From: an uncultured Acidobacteriota bacterium
Lineage (GTDB): Bacteria > Acidobacteriota > Thermoanaerobaculia > UBA5066 > Gp7-AA6
Assembly (NCBI GenBank): GCA_963710945.1
Contig: CAVQCH010000005.1
Coordinates: 84,135 to 148,134, forward strand
Direction: 5' to 3'
DNA length: 64,000 bases
The translations under genes and the position numbers were made by a program. The stretch's first letter is position 1. Every line of letters begins with the position of its first letter. The notes beneath the pieces are model-generated. The model did not search any database. It saw nothing but the letters and a program-made list of their open reading frames with translations, and was not told where the DNA came from. This document shows, piece after piece, positions 47,545 to 57,987 of this stretch.

Positions 47545-48261
47545 ATGGACCAGCTTCAAGCAACTCCTCAATCGGCCTTCACGGCCGCCGGCGCCGCCTC
47601 GGGCGAGCGCGTCACGGCCTTTCTGCGGAAGGTCTACGGGTGGATGTGCGTCGGCCTCGCGATCACGGCCACGGTCGCGGTCGGGGTGGCCGGCTCGCCC
47701 TCGCTCGTGCAGGCGATCTTCGGCAACAAGATCCTCTTCTTCGGCCTGATGATCGCGGAGCTCGGGCTCGTCTTCTTCCTGTCGGCCCGCGTGAACAAGC
47801 TCTCGGCGGGCACGGCGGCGGGGCTCTTCCTGCTCTACTCGGCGCTGAACGGCGCGACGCTCGCCTTCATCTTCCTCGCCTACACGGGCACCTCGATCGC
47901 CACGACCTTCGTCGTGACGGCGGGCATGTTCGGGGCGCTCGCGCTCTACGGCACGACGACGAAGAGAAGCCTCGCCGGCGTGGGCCAGTTCGTCTTCATG
48001 GGCCTGATCGGCGTCATCCTGGCGTCCGTCGTCGGGATGTTCTGGAAGTCCGAGGGCCTGCAGTTCGTGATCTCGATCGTCGGCGTGATCGTGTTCACCG
48101 GCCTGACGGCCTGGGATGCGCAGCGGCTGAAGGTCATGGCGGCGACGGTGCCCGAGGCGAGCTACGGCTCCTATTCGGTCGTCGGAGCGCTCGCGCTCTA
48201 CCTCGACTTCATCAACCTGTTCCTGTTCCTGCTGCGGTTCTTCGGCGGTCGGCGCGACTGA
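47545..48261 (+). CDS. Bax inhibitor-1/YccA family membrane protein
   Basis: 238 aa, 7 TM. 'FLRKVYGWMCVGLAIT', 'AWDAQRLK', 'GALALYLDFINLFLFLLRFFG'. Confidence 0.88.
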   Translation: MDQLQATPQSAFTAAGAASGERVTAFLRKVYGWMCVGLAITATVAVGVAGSPSLVQAIFGNKILFFGLMIAELGLVFFLSARVNKLSAGTAAGLFLLYSALNGATLAFIFLAYTGTSIATTFVVTAGMFGALALYGTTTKRSLAGVGQFVFMGLIGVILASVVGMFWKSEGLQFVISIVGVIVFTGLTAWDAQRLKVMAATVPEASYGSYSVVGALALYLDFINLFLFLLRFFGGRRD

Positions 48262-48293
48262 CGATCGGACGGCGGTCGGCGGACCGCAGACGC

Positions 48294-48321
48294 GAAAGGG
48301 CGGGGATTTCCCCGCCCTTTC
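48294..48321. terminator. bidirectional intrinsic terminator between convergent genes
   Basis: AAAGGGCGGGGA-TT-TCCCCGCCCTTT, with A- and T-rich flanks on both sides. Confidence 0.75.
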
Positions 48322-48342
48322 CGTTTGAACGGTCCGGGCCGA

Positions 48343-50301
48343 TCAGCCGCCGCCCACGAGCGGCAGGCGCCCCACGGCGCCCGAATCGGCGGCGGCGACG
48401 GGAACCTTTTCGTCCTCCTCGACCTTGACCGCCTCGCCGGGGTTCAGGAAGAGGTTCGCCTCGAGACCGTACTGCCGGTTGTACAGGTCGGAATAGCGGC
48501 CGCCGCGGGCGAGCAGGTCCTCGTGCCGGCCGCGCTCGACGATCCGGCCGTCCTCGACGACGAGGATGGCGTCGGCGCGGCGGATGGTCGAGAGCCGGTG
48601 GGCGATGACGAAGGTCGTGCGGCCCTTCATGAGCTCGGCCAGGCCTTCCTGGATGAGCGCCTCGCTCTCGCTGTCGAGCGACGAGGTCGCCTCGTCGAGG
48701 ATCAGGATCCGCGGGTCGGCGAGGATCGCCCGGGCGATCGCCACGCGCTGGCGCTGGCCGCCGGAGAGCTTGACGCCCCGCTCGCCGACGATCGTGTCGT
48801 ACTTGTCGGGCAGCTTGTCCACGAACTCGTCGCAGTTGGCGATCGCGGCCGCCCGCAGGACCGCCTCCCGCGGCGCGTCCGGCCTCGAATAGGCGATGTT
48901 CTCGAAGACCGTGCCGTCGAAGAGGAAGTTGTCCTGGAAGACGACGCCGATCTGGGAGCGGTAGTCGGACAGGCGCACTTTCGAGAGATCCCGGCCGTCC
49001 ACGAAGATCGAGCCCTCGGTCGGCCGGTAGAAGGCGGCGACGAGGCCGATGATCGTGCTCTTGCCGGCGCCGGACGGGCCGACGAGCGCGGTGGCCGTTC
49101 CCGGGGAGGCCTGGAAATCGATGCCCCGCAGGACCGGAACGCCCTTCTCGTACTCGAAGGAAACCTCGCGAAACTCGACGCTTCCCTCCAGCCGCTCGAG
49201 GGGTTCGCGGCTGCGGTCGCCTTCGTCCTCGGCGAGCTCGTTCTTGAGCTCCCGGATCCGCTCGAGGCCCGCGAAGGCCTCGGTGACCTGGCTGCCGATC
49301 GAGACGATCTGGATCACCGGTCCGACCAGAAGTCCCAGGTACAGCGTGAACGAAACGAACGAGCCGATCGTCATCCGGTGGGCCTCGATCTCGTGGGCGC
49401 CCACCCACATGATCGCGACGCCGACGACGCCGAGAAGGAGCGTCGAAAAGGCCGAAACGGCCGAGAAGCCGCTCATCGTCTTCGCGACGTTGCGGAAGAG
49501 CCGGTGCGCCCCGCGCGAGAAAACCAGCGCCTCGCGCCGCTCGGCGCGGTAGGCCTTGACGACGCGGATTCCCGAGAAAGACTCGGTCAGGCGGCCCGAG
49601 ACCTCGGCGTTGATCTTCGAGCGCTCGCGGAAGAGGGGCCGCAGGCGCTTGAAGGCGAAGAGCAGCACCAGTCCGAAGAGCGAGAGCACGCCGAGGGCGA
49701 TCAGCGTGAGCTTCGCGCTGAAGTAGAAGAGGATCCCGAGGGCGAGGACCGCCGTCACCAGGCCGCCGGCGAGCTCCACGAGGCCGGTCCCGACGAGGTT
49801 GCGGATGCCCTCCGCGTCCGTCATGACCCGGGAGAGCAGGACGCCCGTCTTCGTCTGGTCGAAGAAAGCGATCTGGAGACGGCCGACGTGGCGCTGGACG
49901 CTGCGGCGCATCTCGGTGATCGAGTGCTGGGCGGCCTTGCCGAGGACCTGGGAGAGGGCGAAACCGGTGATGGCCTGGATGATGGTTGCCGTCCCCGCCG
50001 CGATCACGATCCAGACGAGCAGGTGGCGCTGGCCCTTGCCGATGACGTCGTCGAGCAGGACCTTGGTCGTCCCCGGAAGCACGAGGCCGGCCAGGCGGCT
50101 GACGAGCAGCAGGCCGAGGCCGAGGGCCAGGCGCCCCTTGCGGGCGTGGACGAGCTCCGCGGCGTCCCGGAGGATGACCGAGAGGGGCAGGGATTTCTTC
50201 TTCTTCGACTCGTCGTCCGGGCGGGGCTTGCCGGCACGGCGGCCCTCCGCCCGGGCGTTGCGGGAAGAGAAGCCTCCGCCCATGAGACCGATCTTTGCCA
50301 T
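48343..50301 (-). CDS. ABC transporter, fused permease/ATP-binding exporter (MsbA-like)
   Basis: ATG at 50301 after AAGGA. Six TM helices, Walker A 'GPSGAGKST', signature 'LSGGQRQR', Walker B 'ILILDEATS'. Confidence 0.9.
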   Translation of the reverse strand: MAKIGLMGGGFSSRNARAEGRRAGKPRPDDESKKKKSLPLSVILRDAAELVHARKGRLALGLGLLLVSRLAGLVLPGTTKVLLDDVIGKGQRHLLVWIVIAAGTATIIQAITGFALSQVLGKAAQHSITEMRRSVQRHVGRLQIAFFDQTKTGVLLSRVMTDAEGIRNLVGTGLVELAGGLVTAVLALGILFYFSAKLTLIALGVLSLFGLVLLFAFKRLRPLFRERSKINAEVSGRLTESFSGIRVVKAYRAERREALVFSRGAHRLFRNVAKTMSGFSAVSAFSTLLLGVVGVAIMWVGAHEIEAHRMTIGSFVSFTLYLGLLVGPVIQIVSIGSQVTEAFAGLERIRELKNELAEDEGDRSREPLERLEGSVEFREVSFEYEKGVPVLRGIDFQASPGTATALVGPSGAGKSTIIGLVAAFYRPTEGSIFVDGRDLSKVRLSDYRSQIGVVFQDNFLFDGTVFENIAYSRPDAPREAVLRAAAIANCDEFVDKLPDKYDTIVGERGVKLSGGQRQRVAIARAILADPRILILDEATSSLDSESEALIQEGLAELMKGRTTFVIAHRLSTIRRADAILVVEDGRIVERGRHEDLLARGGRYSDLYNRQYGLEANLFLNPGEAVKVEEDEKVPVAAADSGAVGRLPLVGGG

Positions 50302-50440
50302 CGTCAGTCCTTGGTCCCGGGGGAGGGAAGGGGAAGGGGCACCCGGGGATTGTATCGGCGGCACCGGGTCCGCGCGGAAGGTCTGTCCACTCAATCAGAA
50401 GTACGCGGCGGACCGGCCAAAAGGGTCAAGTTAACCTCCA

Positions 50441-50469
50441 TTGACAAATAATACTGTCTAGACAAGACT
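50441..50469 (+). promoter_or_regulatory. candidate promoter/operator in an AT-rich island
   Basis: TTGACA at 50441-46. Perfect 10-bp palindrome TGTCTAGACA at 50455-64. This is the lowest-GC stretch I noticed in the window. Confidence 0.4.
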
Positions 50470-50527
50470 ATTCGTCATAGAGATATGGCGGCAGGCGAGT
50501 CGGAAATCCCCCTGGAGACTATCGCGA

Positions 50528-51139
50528 ATGCGAAGCGCGCGAGTGCGTCTGCTGCATCCGCTTCGGCTCAGGCTGCTGTCGATGTCCCGGGAGCCGACCT
50601 CGTCGAGCGATCTCGCGCGGCGGCTCGGCCTGCCGCGTCAGCGCGTGAACTACCACGTGCGGGCGCTCGAGCGGGCCGGGTTTCTGCGCCCGGCCGGCCG
50701 GGCGCGCAAGCGCAACATGGTCGAGCAGCGATACGTGGCGTCGGCCCGGGCGTACGCGCTTTCGCCCGCGGTTCTCGGCCCGGTGGCCGCCGACTGGCGC
50801 GAGATCGGGGACACCGCATCTGCCGACTACCTTCTGGCCCTGGCCGACCAGGTACGGGCCGACGTGGAGACGGCCGCCGGGGAAGCGCGTGCCGACGGCA
50901 AGCCCATCGCCACCCTGTCGCTGAAGTCCCAGTTCCGGTTCGAGTCTCCCGCCCAGCGGACCGAGTTCGCCAATGCCGTCCGGGAGGCGGTCGTCGACGT
51001 CATCGCCCGGCACTCTTCCCCCAACCGCCTCGAGAGCGGGCGCCCCGGCCGCGGCCGCCCGTTCCGGCTGGTGCTCGCGTGTTACCCGATGCCGGAGAGG
51101 CCGGAGTCCCCGGAGACCCCGAGAGGAGGCGGCTCGTGA
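50528..51139 (+). CDS. ArsR-family (winged-helix) transcriptional regulator with C-terminal extension
   Basis: 'HPLRLRLLSMSREPTSSSDLARRLGLPRQRVNYHVRALERAGFL'. Confidence 0.75.
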   Translation: MRSARVRLLHPLRLRLLSMSREPTSSSDLARRLGLPRQRVNYHVRALERAGFLRPAGRARKRNMVEQRYVASARAYALSPAVLGPVAADWREIGDTASADYLLALADQVRADVETAAGEARADGKPIATLSLKSQFRFESPAQRTEFANAVREAVVDVIARHSSPNRLESGRPGRGRPFRLVLACYPMPERPESPETPRGGGS

Positions 51140-51378
51140 TCGGACAGGTCGTATCGCTCGCCGGGGCCCTGATGATCCTGGCGGCCTTCGCCGCGCAGCA
51201 GGCGGGGAAGTGGAAGGGCGAGGACGTGCCCTACCTCGCGCTCAACCTCGCCGGTTCGCTGATCCTGACCTGGTCGGCCGTCAAAGCCGGCAGCCTCGGT
51301 CTGATCGTGCTCGAGGGCTCCTGGGCCCTCATCAGCCTCGTGTCACTGGGGAAGGGGATGATGCGCCGTCCAGGTTAG
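51136..51378 (+). CDS. small 2-3 TM membrane protein
   Basis: GTG overlaps the upstream stop. 'VVSLAGALMILAAFAA', 'LALNLAGSLILTWSAV', 'LIVLEGSWALISLVSL'. Confidence 0.55.
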   Translation: MIGQVVSLAGALMILAAFAAQQAGKWKGEDVPYLALNLAGSLILTWSAVKAGSLGLIVLEGSWALISLVSLGKGMMRRPG

Positions 51379-51384
51379 TTAGCC

Positions 51385-51450
51385 CCCCTCACCCTGCCCT
51401 CTCCCCCGACGGGGGAGAGGGGAATTTCGTATCCCCTCTCCCGTCGGGAC
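51385..51450. repeat. REP-like palindromic element, family 3 ('CCCTCTCCCCCGACGGGGGAGAGGG')
   Basis: CCCCTCTCCCC-CGAC-GGGGGAGAGGGG hairpin plus a partial second copy, ATCCCCTCTCCCGTCGGGAC. CCCTCACCCT (51388-97) is also complementary to AGGGTGAGGG (51515-24). Confidence 0.75.
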
Positions 51451-51512
51451 CCGGCCACCGAAGGCAGACCCTCAGCAGTAGGGAACGCCGTGCATCGCAC
51501 GGCGGTATCGGG

Positions 51513-52281
51513 CTAGGGTGAGGGACGGCCCCTCTTCTCCCCAAGGATGAGCAGCCGCGGCGATCCGAGGGCGAACGAATCTTCGGTCGGAGACCCGAAG
51601 TACGAACGAAGCTCGAAACCGGCGGACTCGAGCAATCCGATGACCTGGCTGAGCGTGTAGACCCGCTGCGACGCGAGCTTCGTCTCGGTCCGGCCGCCGC
51701 GCGAGATGCGGAATCGGTTCTCGATGCGCCCCGACAGCGCGTCGTAGCGCGTGTCCTCCTCGAACCGGAAGCCGCCGATCTCCGCGTCCTGGTGGGCTTC
51801 GATCTGCCGCGGCAGGATGGATTCCGCCGTCTGGCCGTAGTCGATCGCAAGGCGCCCGCCCGGCCGCAGCGTCCGGCTCACGGCGCCGAGAAAAGCCTCG
51901 TTGCCGCCGTCGTCGAGGTAGCCGAAGCTGTTTCCGAAGCAGAAGGCGGCGTCGAATTCGGCCTTCCACGGCAGGTCGCGCATCTCCGCCTGCCGGAAGT
52001 CCGCGGCGGTTCCGGCCGCGGCCGCGGCGCTGCCGGCGGCGGCGCAGGAACTCCTCGGAGATGTCCACGCCCGTCATCGTGCAGCCGCGCGCGGCGAGCG
52101 GGATGGTCAGCCGTCCCGCGCCGCAGGGCACGTCGAGGACGCGGGCGCCCGCAGAGAGACCGAGGTGTTTCCAGAGAAACTCGACGTCCCGGGCGGTCGC
52201 CTCCTCGGGTATGGCGGCCCGCCAGAAATCGACGGCCAGGCCCGAAAAGAAGCTCTCCCACCAGTTGGCGGGGGCGTTCAC
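51513..52281 (-). CDS. class I SAM-dependent methyltransferase. One frame disruption near 52042.
   Basis: 'ARVLDVPCGAGRLTIPLAARGCTMTGVDISEEFL' is in one frame. 'AAAGTAADFRQAEMRDLPWKAEFDAAFCFGNSFGYL...LRPGGRLAID' is in the next. Confidence 0.75.
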
Positions 52282-52342
52282 GGGGTCAGACCTTGAATCT
52301 GTCGGCGGACGGCGAAACAGGACAAAGTCAAGGTCTGACCCC
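52282..52342. repeat. REP-like hairpin, family 4 ('GGGGTCAGACC...'), copy 1
   Basis: GGGGTCAGACCTT (52282-94) pairs with AAGGTCTGACCCC (52330-42). 13-bp perfect stem with a 35-nt loop. Confidence 0.8.
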
Positions 52343-52770
52343 GTAGATGGCCCGGTCCACGATCTCCATGCAGCGCAGAGGGGTTCTCGATGTCCTGGAA
52401 GCCGACCTTGCGGTAAAGGGGGTGCGCGTCCGCGCGTGAAGAGCGTCCAGCGCCGCAGGCCCTGGAGCTCCGGGTGCGCCTTGATCGTCTGCATGAGCCA
52501 CAGGGCGAGCCCCCGGCCCCGGTGCGAGTCGAGGACGAAGACGTCGGCGACGTACCCGAAGGTCGCGCGATCCGTGATGACGCGCGCAAAGCCGACCAGG
52601 TTCCCTCCCTCGTAAAGGCCGAACGGCATCGAGTTCTCGATCGACCGGTCCACCACCTCCCGGGGAATGTCCGGCGCCCAGTAGGAAGTGGCGAGGAACC
52701 GGTGGATCGTCTCTCGGTCGAGGCGCGCAGGATCGGTCGAAATGACGAATCCGTCGCGCTCCCATTGCAT
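52328..52770 (-). CDS. GNAT-family N-acetyltransferase. Two frame disruptions near 52379 and 52430.
   Basis: 'LVGFARVITDRATFGYVADVFVLDSHRGRGLALWLM' | 'DAHPLYRKVGFQDIENP' | 'LRCMEIVDRAIYG' lie in three frames. The stop falls inside the family-4 hairpin. Confidence 0.75.
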
Positions 52771-52810
52771 GGCGGCCACGGTGTTTATCCTATGCTCGGG
52801 CTCGAGCCCG

Positions 52811-54220
52811 ATGCACGGCACCGTCTCGCTCCCGACCTGGGTCGCCGTCCTGGTGATGATCCTGGCGGCGTGGGCGGCCCTCGACCGCCTGCTGCTGCCC
52901 GGGGCGCGCTGGATCGTGCGCCGGCGCGTCAACCGCGTGCTCGAGGAGCTCAACACGCGCCTGAAGATCCGGATCCAGCCGTTCAAGCTGACGCGGCGCG
53001 AGGTGCTGATCGACCGGCTGCTCTTCGACCCGCAGGTCCAGCAGGCGGCGGAGGCGTACGCGCGCGAGAGCGACATGCCCCGGGAGGTCGCGATGCGCAC
53101 GGTCGAGCGTTATGCCCGCGAGATCGTGCCGGCCTTCAATGCCTACGCATACTTCCGCCTCGGGTACTGGGTCGCGCGAAACCTCGCCCGGTCGCTCTAC
53201 CGCGTGCGCCTCGGCTACTCCGACGAGGAGGGCCTTGCGGCGATCGGGCCGCACGCAACCGTCGTCTTTCTCATCAACCACCGCTCGAACATGGACTACG
53301 TCCTCGTCTCTTACCTCGCCGCCGAAAAGGCCGCGCTCTCGTACGCCGTCGGGGAGTGGGCGCGGATCTGGCCGCTGCAGACGCTCGTGCGCTCGATGGG
53401 GGCGTACTTCGTGCGGCGCAACTCGCGCGACCCGCTCTACCGGAAGGTCCTCGAGCGGTACGTGGCGATGGCGACGGCGGCGGGAGTCACGCAGGCGGTC
53501 TTCCCGGAGGGCGGGCTCTCCCGCGACGGCCGGCTGCGCCCGCCGAAGCTCGGGATCCTCGACTACATGCTGCGCTCCTTCGAGCCCGGCGGCGAGAGGG
53601 ACATCGTCTTCGTGCCCGTCGGCATCAACTACGACCGGACCTTCGAGGACCGCACGCTGCTCGCCGAGCGCGCCGCGGGCGACGCCGATCGGTCCCGCGG
53701 CGGAGGCGCGTTCGGAAACACGGCGCGGTTTCTGCTGCGCAACGCCTGGCTCCGCGCCCGCAACAAGTGGCACCGTTTCGGATACGCCTGCGTGAACTTC
53801 GGCTCGCCCGTGTCGCTCCGGGAATACGTCGGCCGCCGCGGCCTGGACTTCCGCGTCCTCCCGAAGGAGGAGCGCTCCGGCCGCCTCGAGGAGCTCGCGC
53901 GCGAGCTGATGGAGGCGGTCGCCCGCGTCATCCCGGCGGTGCCGGTCCCCCTCGTCGCGACGCTCTTCGTCCGCGAGCCGGGCCGCTCGTGGAGCGAGCT
54001 CGAGCTCAAGGGGGCCGCGCTCGCGCTGATCGAGCGGCTGGAATCCCGCGGGGCGCACGTCTACGTCCCGCGGGGCGACCAGGACTACGCCATTTCGGTC
54101 GGTCTGCGGATGCTGACGCTCCGACGCCTGGTGGACGACGCCGACGGGCTCTACCGGGCGCGTCCCGAGGAGCTGCCGCTTCTCCAGTACTACGCCAACT
54201 CGATCGCGCATCTCTTCTGA
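52811..54220 (+). CDS. glycerol-3-phosphate/1-acylglycerol-3-phosphate acyltransferase family protein (PlsB-like)
   Basis: N-terminal TM helix. HX4D 'FLINHRSNMDYV', 'GAYFVRR', 'FPEGGLSRDGRL', 'VPVGINYD'. Confidence 0.8.
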   Translation: MHGTVSLPTWVAVLVMILAAWAALDRLLLPGARWIVRRRVNRVLEELNTRLKIRIQPFKLTRREVLIDRLLFDPQVQQAAEAYARESDMPREVAMRTVERYAREIVPAFNAYAYFRLGYWVARNLARSLYRVRLGYSDEEGLAAIGPHATVVFLINHRSNMDYVLVSYLAAEKAALSYAVGEWARIWPLQTLVRSMGAYFVRRNSRDPLYRKVLERYVAMATAAGVTQAVFPEGGLSRDGRLRPPKLGILDYMLRSFEPGGERDIVFVPVGINYDRTFEDRTLLAERAAGDADRSRGGGAFGNTARFLLRNAWLRARNKWHRFGYACVNFGSPVSLREYVGRRGLDFRVLPKEERSGRLEELARELMEAVARVIPAVPVPLVATLFVREPGRSWSELELKGAALALIERLESRGAHVYVPRGDQDYAISVGLRMLTLRRLVDDADGLYRARPEELPLLQYYANSIAHLF

Positions 54221-54272
54221 CGTCCGTGATATTTCTCTGCCCAACGTTCCACGCGGGGAATTGGAGGTCGCC

Positions 54273-55912
54273 ATGGCTTCTCGCCTGAGTCGCAGGGCCC
54301 TCATTCGCTACGGCGCGCTGGGAGGAGCGGCGGCGGTCGCCGGGCCGCTCTCGGCCCGGACCGCGGCGGCCGCGGTTCCCGCGTCGCCGCCGGCCTTCGA
54401 GCTCGACGAGGTCACCGTCGCGGACCTCCAGAAACGGATGTCGTCCGGGGCCGCGACGTCCCGCGCGATCGCCGAGCTGTACCTGGCGCGGATCGAAGCG
54501 CTCGACAGGAAGGGCCCGGAGCTGCGCGCGGTGCTCGAGATCAATCCCGACGCCCTCGCGATCGCCGGCGCTCTCGACGCCGAGCGAAAGGCCGGCAAGG
54601 TGCGCGGCCCGCTCCACGGCGTCCCGGTGCTCATCAAGGACAACATCGGCACCGCCGACCGCATGAACACGACCGCCGGGTCGCTCGCCCTCGTGGGCGC
54701 GATCCCGGCCTCGGACGCCTTCATCGTGAAGCGCCTGCGCGACGCCGGCGCGGTTATCCTCGGCAAGACGAACCTCTCGGAGTGGGCGAACTTCCGCTCG
54801 TCGCACTCCTCGAGCGGCTGGAGCGGGCGCGGCGGCCAGTGCCGCAACCCGTATGCCCTCGACCGCAACCCGTCCGGATCGAGCTCGGGCTCGGGCGCCG
54901 GCGATTTCGGCGCAACCTCTGCGCGATCGCGGTCGGCTCCGAGACCGACGGCTCGATCGTGTCCCCGTCCAACAACTGCGGCCTCGTGGGAGTGAAGCCG
55001 ACGCTCGGCCTCGTCTCGCGCACCGGCATCATCCCGATCGCGCACAGCCAGGACACGGCCGGCCCGATGTGCCGCACCGTCGGCGACGCCGCGATCCTGC
55101 TGACGGCCCTGGCCGGCTTCGACGCGGCCGACCCGGCGACGAAGGGCCTCTCGGGCAAGGCCCCCGTCGACTACACGGCCTATCTCGACCCGAAGGGGCT
55201 CGCGGGCATGCGCATCGGCGTGCCGCGCAAGAAGCTCTTCGGCCAGAGCCCGGCGGCCGACGCGCTCGTCGAGGCCGCGATCGCGGACATGAAGAAGATG
55301 GGCGCGGTGATCGTCGATCCGGCCGACATCGCGACCGTGGGGGAGACCGACGACAGCGAGTTCGAGGTCCTGCTCTACGAGTTCAAGGCGGACCTGACCG
55401 CCTACCTCGCGGGCCTCGGCAGCCGGACGCCCTACAAGTCGCTCAAGGACCTCATCCGCTTCAACGAGGAGAACCGGGCGCGCGAGATGCCGTACTTCGG
55501 CCAGGAGATCTTCGAGAAGGCGGAGGCGAAGGGCCCGCTGACCGAGCAGGCGTATCTCGACGCCCTCGAGAAGGACCTGCGCCTCTCGCGGGCGGAAGGC
55601 ATCGACAAGACGATGGACGAGTTCCACCTCGACGCGCTCGTCGCGCCGACGAGCGGCCCGGCGACCCTGATCGACCTCGTCAACGGCGACTACGGGCCGG
55701 GCGGCAGCTCGTCCCTGCCCGCGATCGCCGGGTATCCCGACATCTCCCTTCCGTGCGGATACCGTTTCGGGCTGCCGGTCGGCATGTCGATCTTCGGGAG
55801 GGCGTGGAGCGAGCCGACACTCCTGAAGATCGCGTTCGCCTACGAGCAGGCCACGAAGCATCGGCGCGCGCCGAAGTTTCTGCCGACGGCCGACCTCGCG
55901 CCGCGGAGCTGA
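54273..55912 (+). CDS. amidase-signature family hydrolase with Tat-like signal. Two single-base insertions at 54900 and 54913.
   Basis: GGAGG then ATG. '[19 protein letters not shown]', '[11 protein letters not shown]'. The signature 'GSSSGSGA|AISA|[18 protein letters not shown]' is split over three frames. Confidence 0.85.
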
Positions 55913-55914
55913 CC

Positions 55915-57971
55915 GTGCGGGGCAAGGCGCCGGCCCTGTGCCTGGCGATCCTCCTCGCCGCGGCGGCGGCCCTGCGCGCGGCGCCCGCGGCGTCCGGCCT
56001 CGCGGCCGCGGTCCACGACTACGAGAAGCCTCGAGGTCGGGACCTCGTCCGTTTCCGTCGCGAACCTGCGCCTGAAGTCCGAGCACCTCGAGTGCGTGCT
56101 GGTCTCCGGCCGCGCCGCGCCGGTGCGGGCGGGAGGCGAGGTCGTCGGCATCTTCTTCGAGGGCGACGGCACGATGGAGTACACCTCGGTCGACCCGATC
56201 GAGGCTCCGAGTGTTCTTTTCAACGCGAAGAAAGGATCGCATCTGGACCCGGTTCGGACGGACAAGGGGGTCGTGCTGCGCGACAGGTTCAAGCAGCTCC
56301 TCTGGCTCGCGGCAGGCGTGCCGCTTCCGGAGCTCGGCGCCGGCGCCGCCGGTCCGCCGCTGTCCGGGGTCCTCCGAGCCCAACGCGAGGAGTCCCGGCG
56401 GCTCCACGCAGGTTCCCCTCTCTCATGCCTTCGCCGCGCGACAGCTCGACGGCTCTTCGACGCCCCTCGTCTGGGCGGAGATGGACGCCGGCGCGGACGC
56501 CTTCGTCTACGTGATGGATCGCGGCGACAACGCGTTCGAGGCGCTCGACGTCGTCGTCAAGGCCGAGTCGCACGATCCGCTCTTCAAGGATGTGCTGTAC
56601 CGCGAGACGATCTCCGACCAGCCGCTCGGCCGGGACCGTCGCGACCCGCCGCAGCCGCGCTACCTGCTGACGGACGTGGACGTGGACCTCCACGCCTCCG
56701 ATGGGAAGGAGGCAAGGCTCTCGGCCGTCGAAACCTTCGTTCCCATCGGGCGGTCCCGGCGCGTTCTGCGCCTCCATCTCAACAACACCCTGTACACGGG
56801 CTACGGCATCGGCCTTGCCGAGCGCGGACAGCACGTGACCCGGGTGACCGACGAGTCGGGCCGCTCGCTCGCCTTCTGGCACGACTACGGCGAGATTCTC
56901 GTCGAACTCGCCGAGCCGGCGCCGCCCGACAGGCCCGTCAAGGTGCGCTTCGAGATCGAAGGCGATTTCCTGATCCACCCGGGGGGCGACAGCTACTGGG
57001 AGCTCGGCACGCGCGAGTGGTTTCCGCAGCCGCTGATCGGGGAGCAGTACTACACGTTTCATGCGATGGTGCGCGTCAAGAAACCCTTCGTTCCGTTCGC
57101 GCCGGGGGTCACGCTCCGCCGGGCCGTCGAGGGAGATGACAATCTGCTCGAGACGCGGGTGGACAAGCCGATCCAGTTCGCCGTGATCATGGCGGGCGCC
57201 TACACGTTCCAGGAAGAAGTCCGCGACGGCGTGACGATCCGCGTCGCGACGTACGCGTTGAAGAACACCCGCGCGATGAAGCAGCTCACGGACCTCGCGG
57301 CGACCATCATCGGCTTCTACAAGGAGTTCCTGGGTCCCTTCCCGTTCTCCGAGTTCAACATCATCGAGATCAACGACTACGGCTTCGGCCAGGCGCCGCC
57401 GGGGCTCATGTTCATCACTAAGGAGGCGTTCAGTCCCCTCGTCGAAACCCTCGAGGAGGACTCCCAGCTCTATTCGAAGGGGATCAACGAGCGCTTCGCC
57501 CACGAGATCGCGCACCAGTACTGGGCCCACGTGGTGAAGATGCCGAGCTACGAGGAGCAGTGGCTTACGGAGTCATTCGCGGAATATACGGCGGGGCTCT
57601 TCATCAAGACCGCCAAGAGCGAGGCCGAGTACAAGTCGCTCTACAAGCACTGGAGGGCGCGCGCCAGCGCCGCCACCGACGTCGCGCCGATCCCGCTCGC
57701 CAACCGCATTTACATCACGGACGAGCCGGCCAAGCGCTTCTACTACCGGACGGGGCTCCTGTACAACAAGGGGCCGCTTCTTCTCGCGGCGCTCCATCGC
57801 GAGCTCGGCGACGAGGCCTTCCTGACGTTCCTGAAGTCGTACCAGAAGTCCTTCCGCTGGAAGTTCGGCTCGACGAAGACCGTCGCGGGCCTGCTCCAGT
57901 TCATGACGAAGAAGGACTACGGGCCGTTCTTCGAGAAGTACTACTGGGGAACGGAGATGCCGAAGGACTGA
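55915..57971 (+). CDS. M1-family (aminopeptidase N-like) zinc metallopeptidase, secreted. Two frame disruptions near 56038 and within 56350-56420.
   Basis: GTG start with signal 'ALCLAILLAAAAALRAAPA'. 'FAHEIAHQYWAH' plus 'WLTESFAEY' (HExxH-X18-E). Confidence 0.8.
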
Positions 57972-57987
57972 GGATGGCCCGGGGTCG

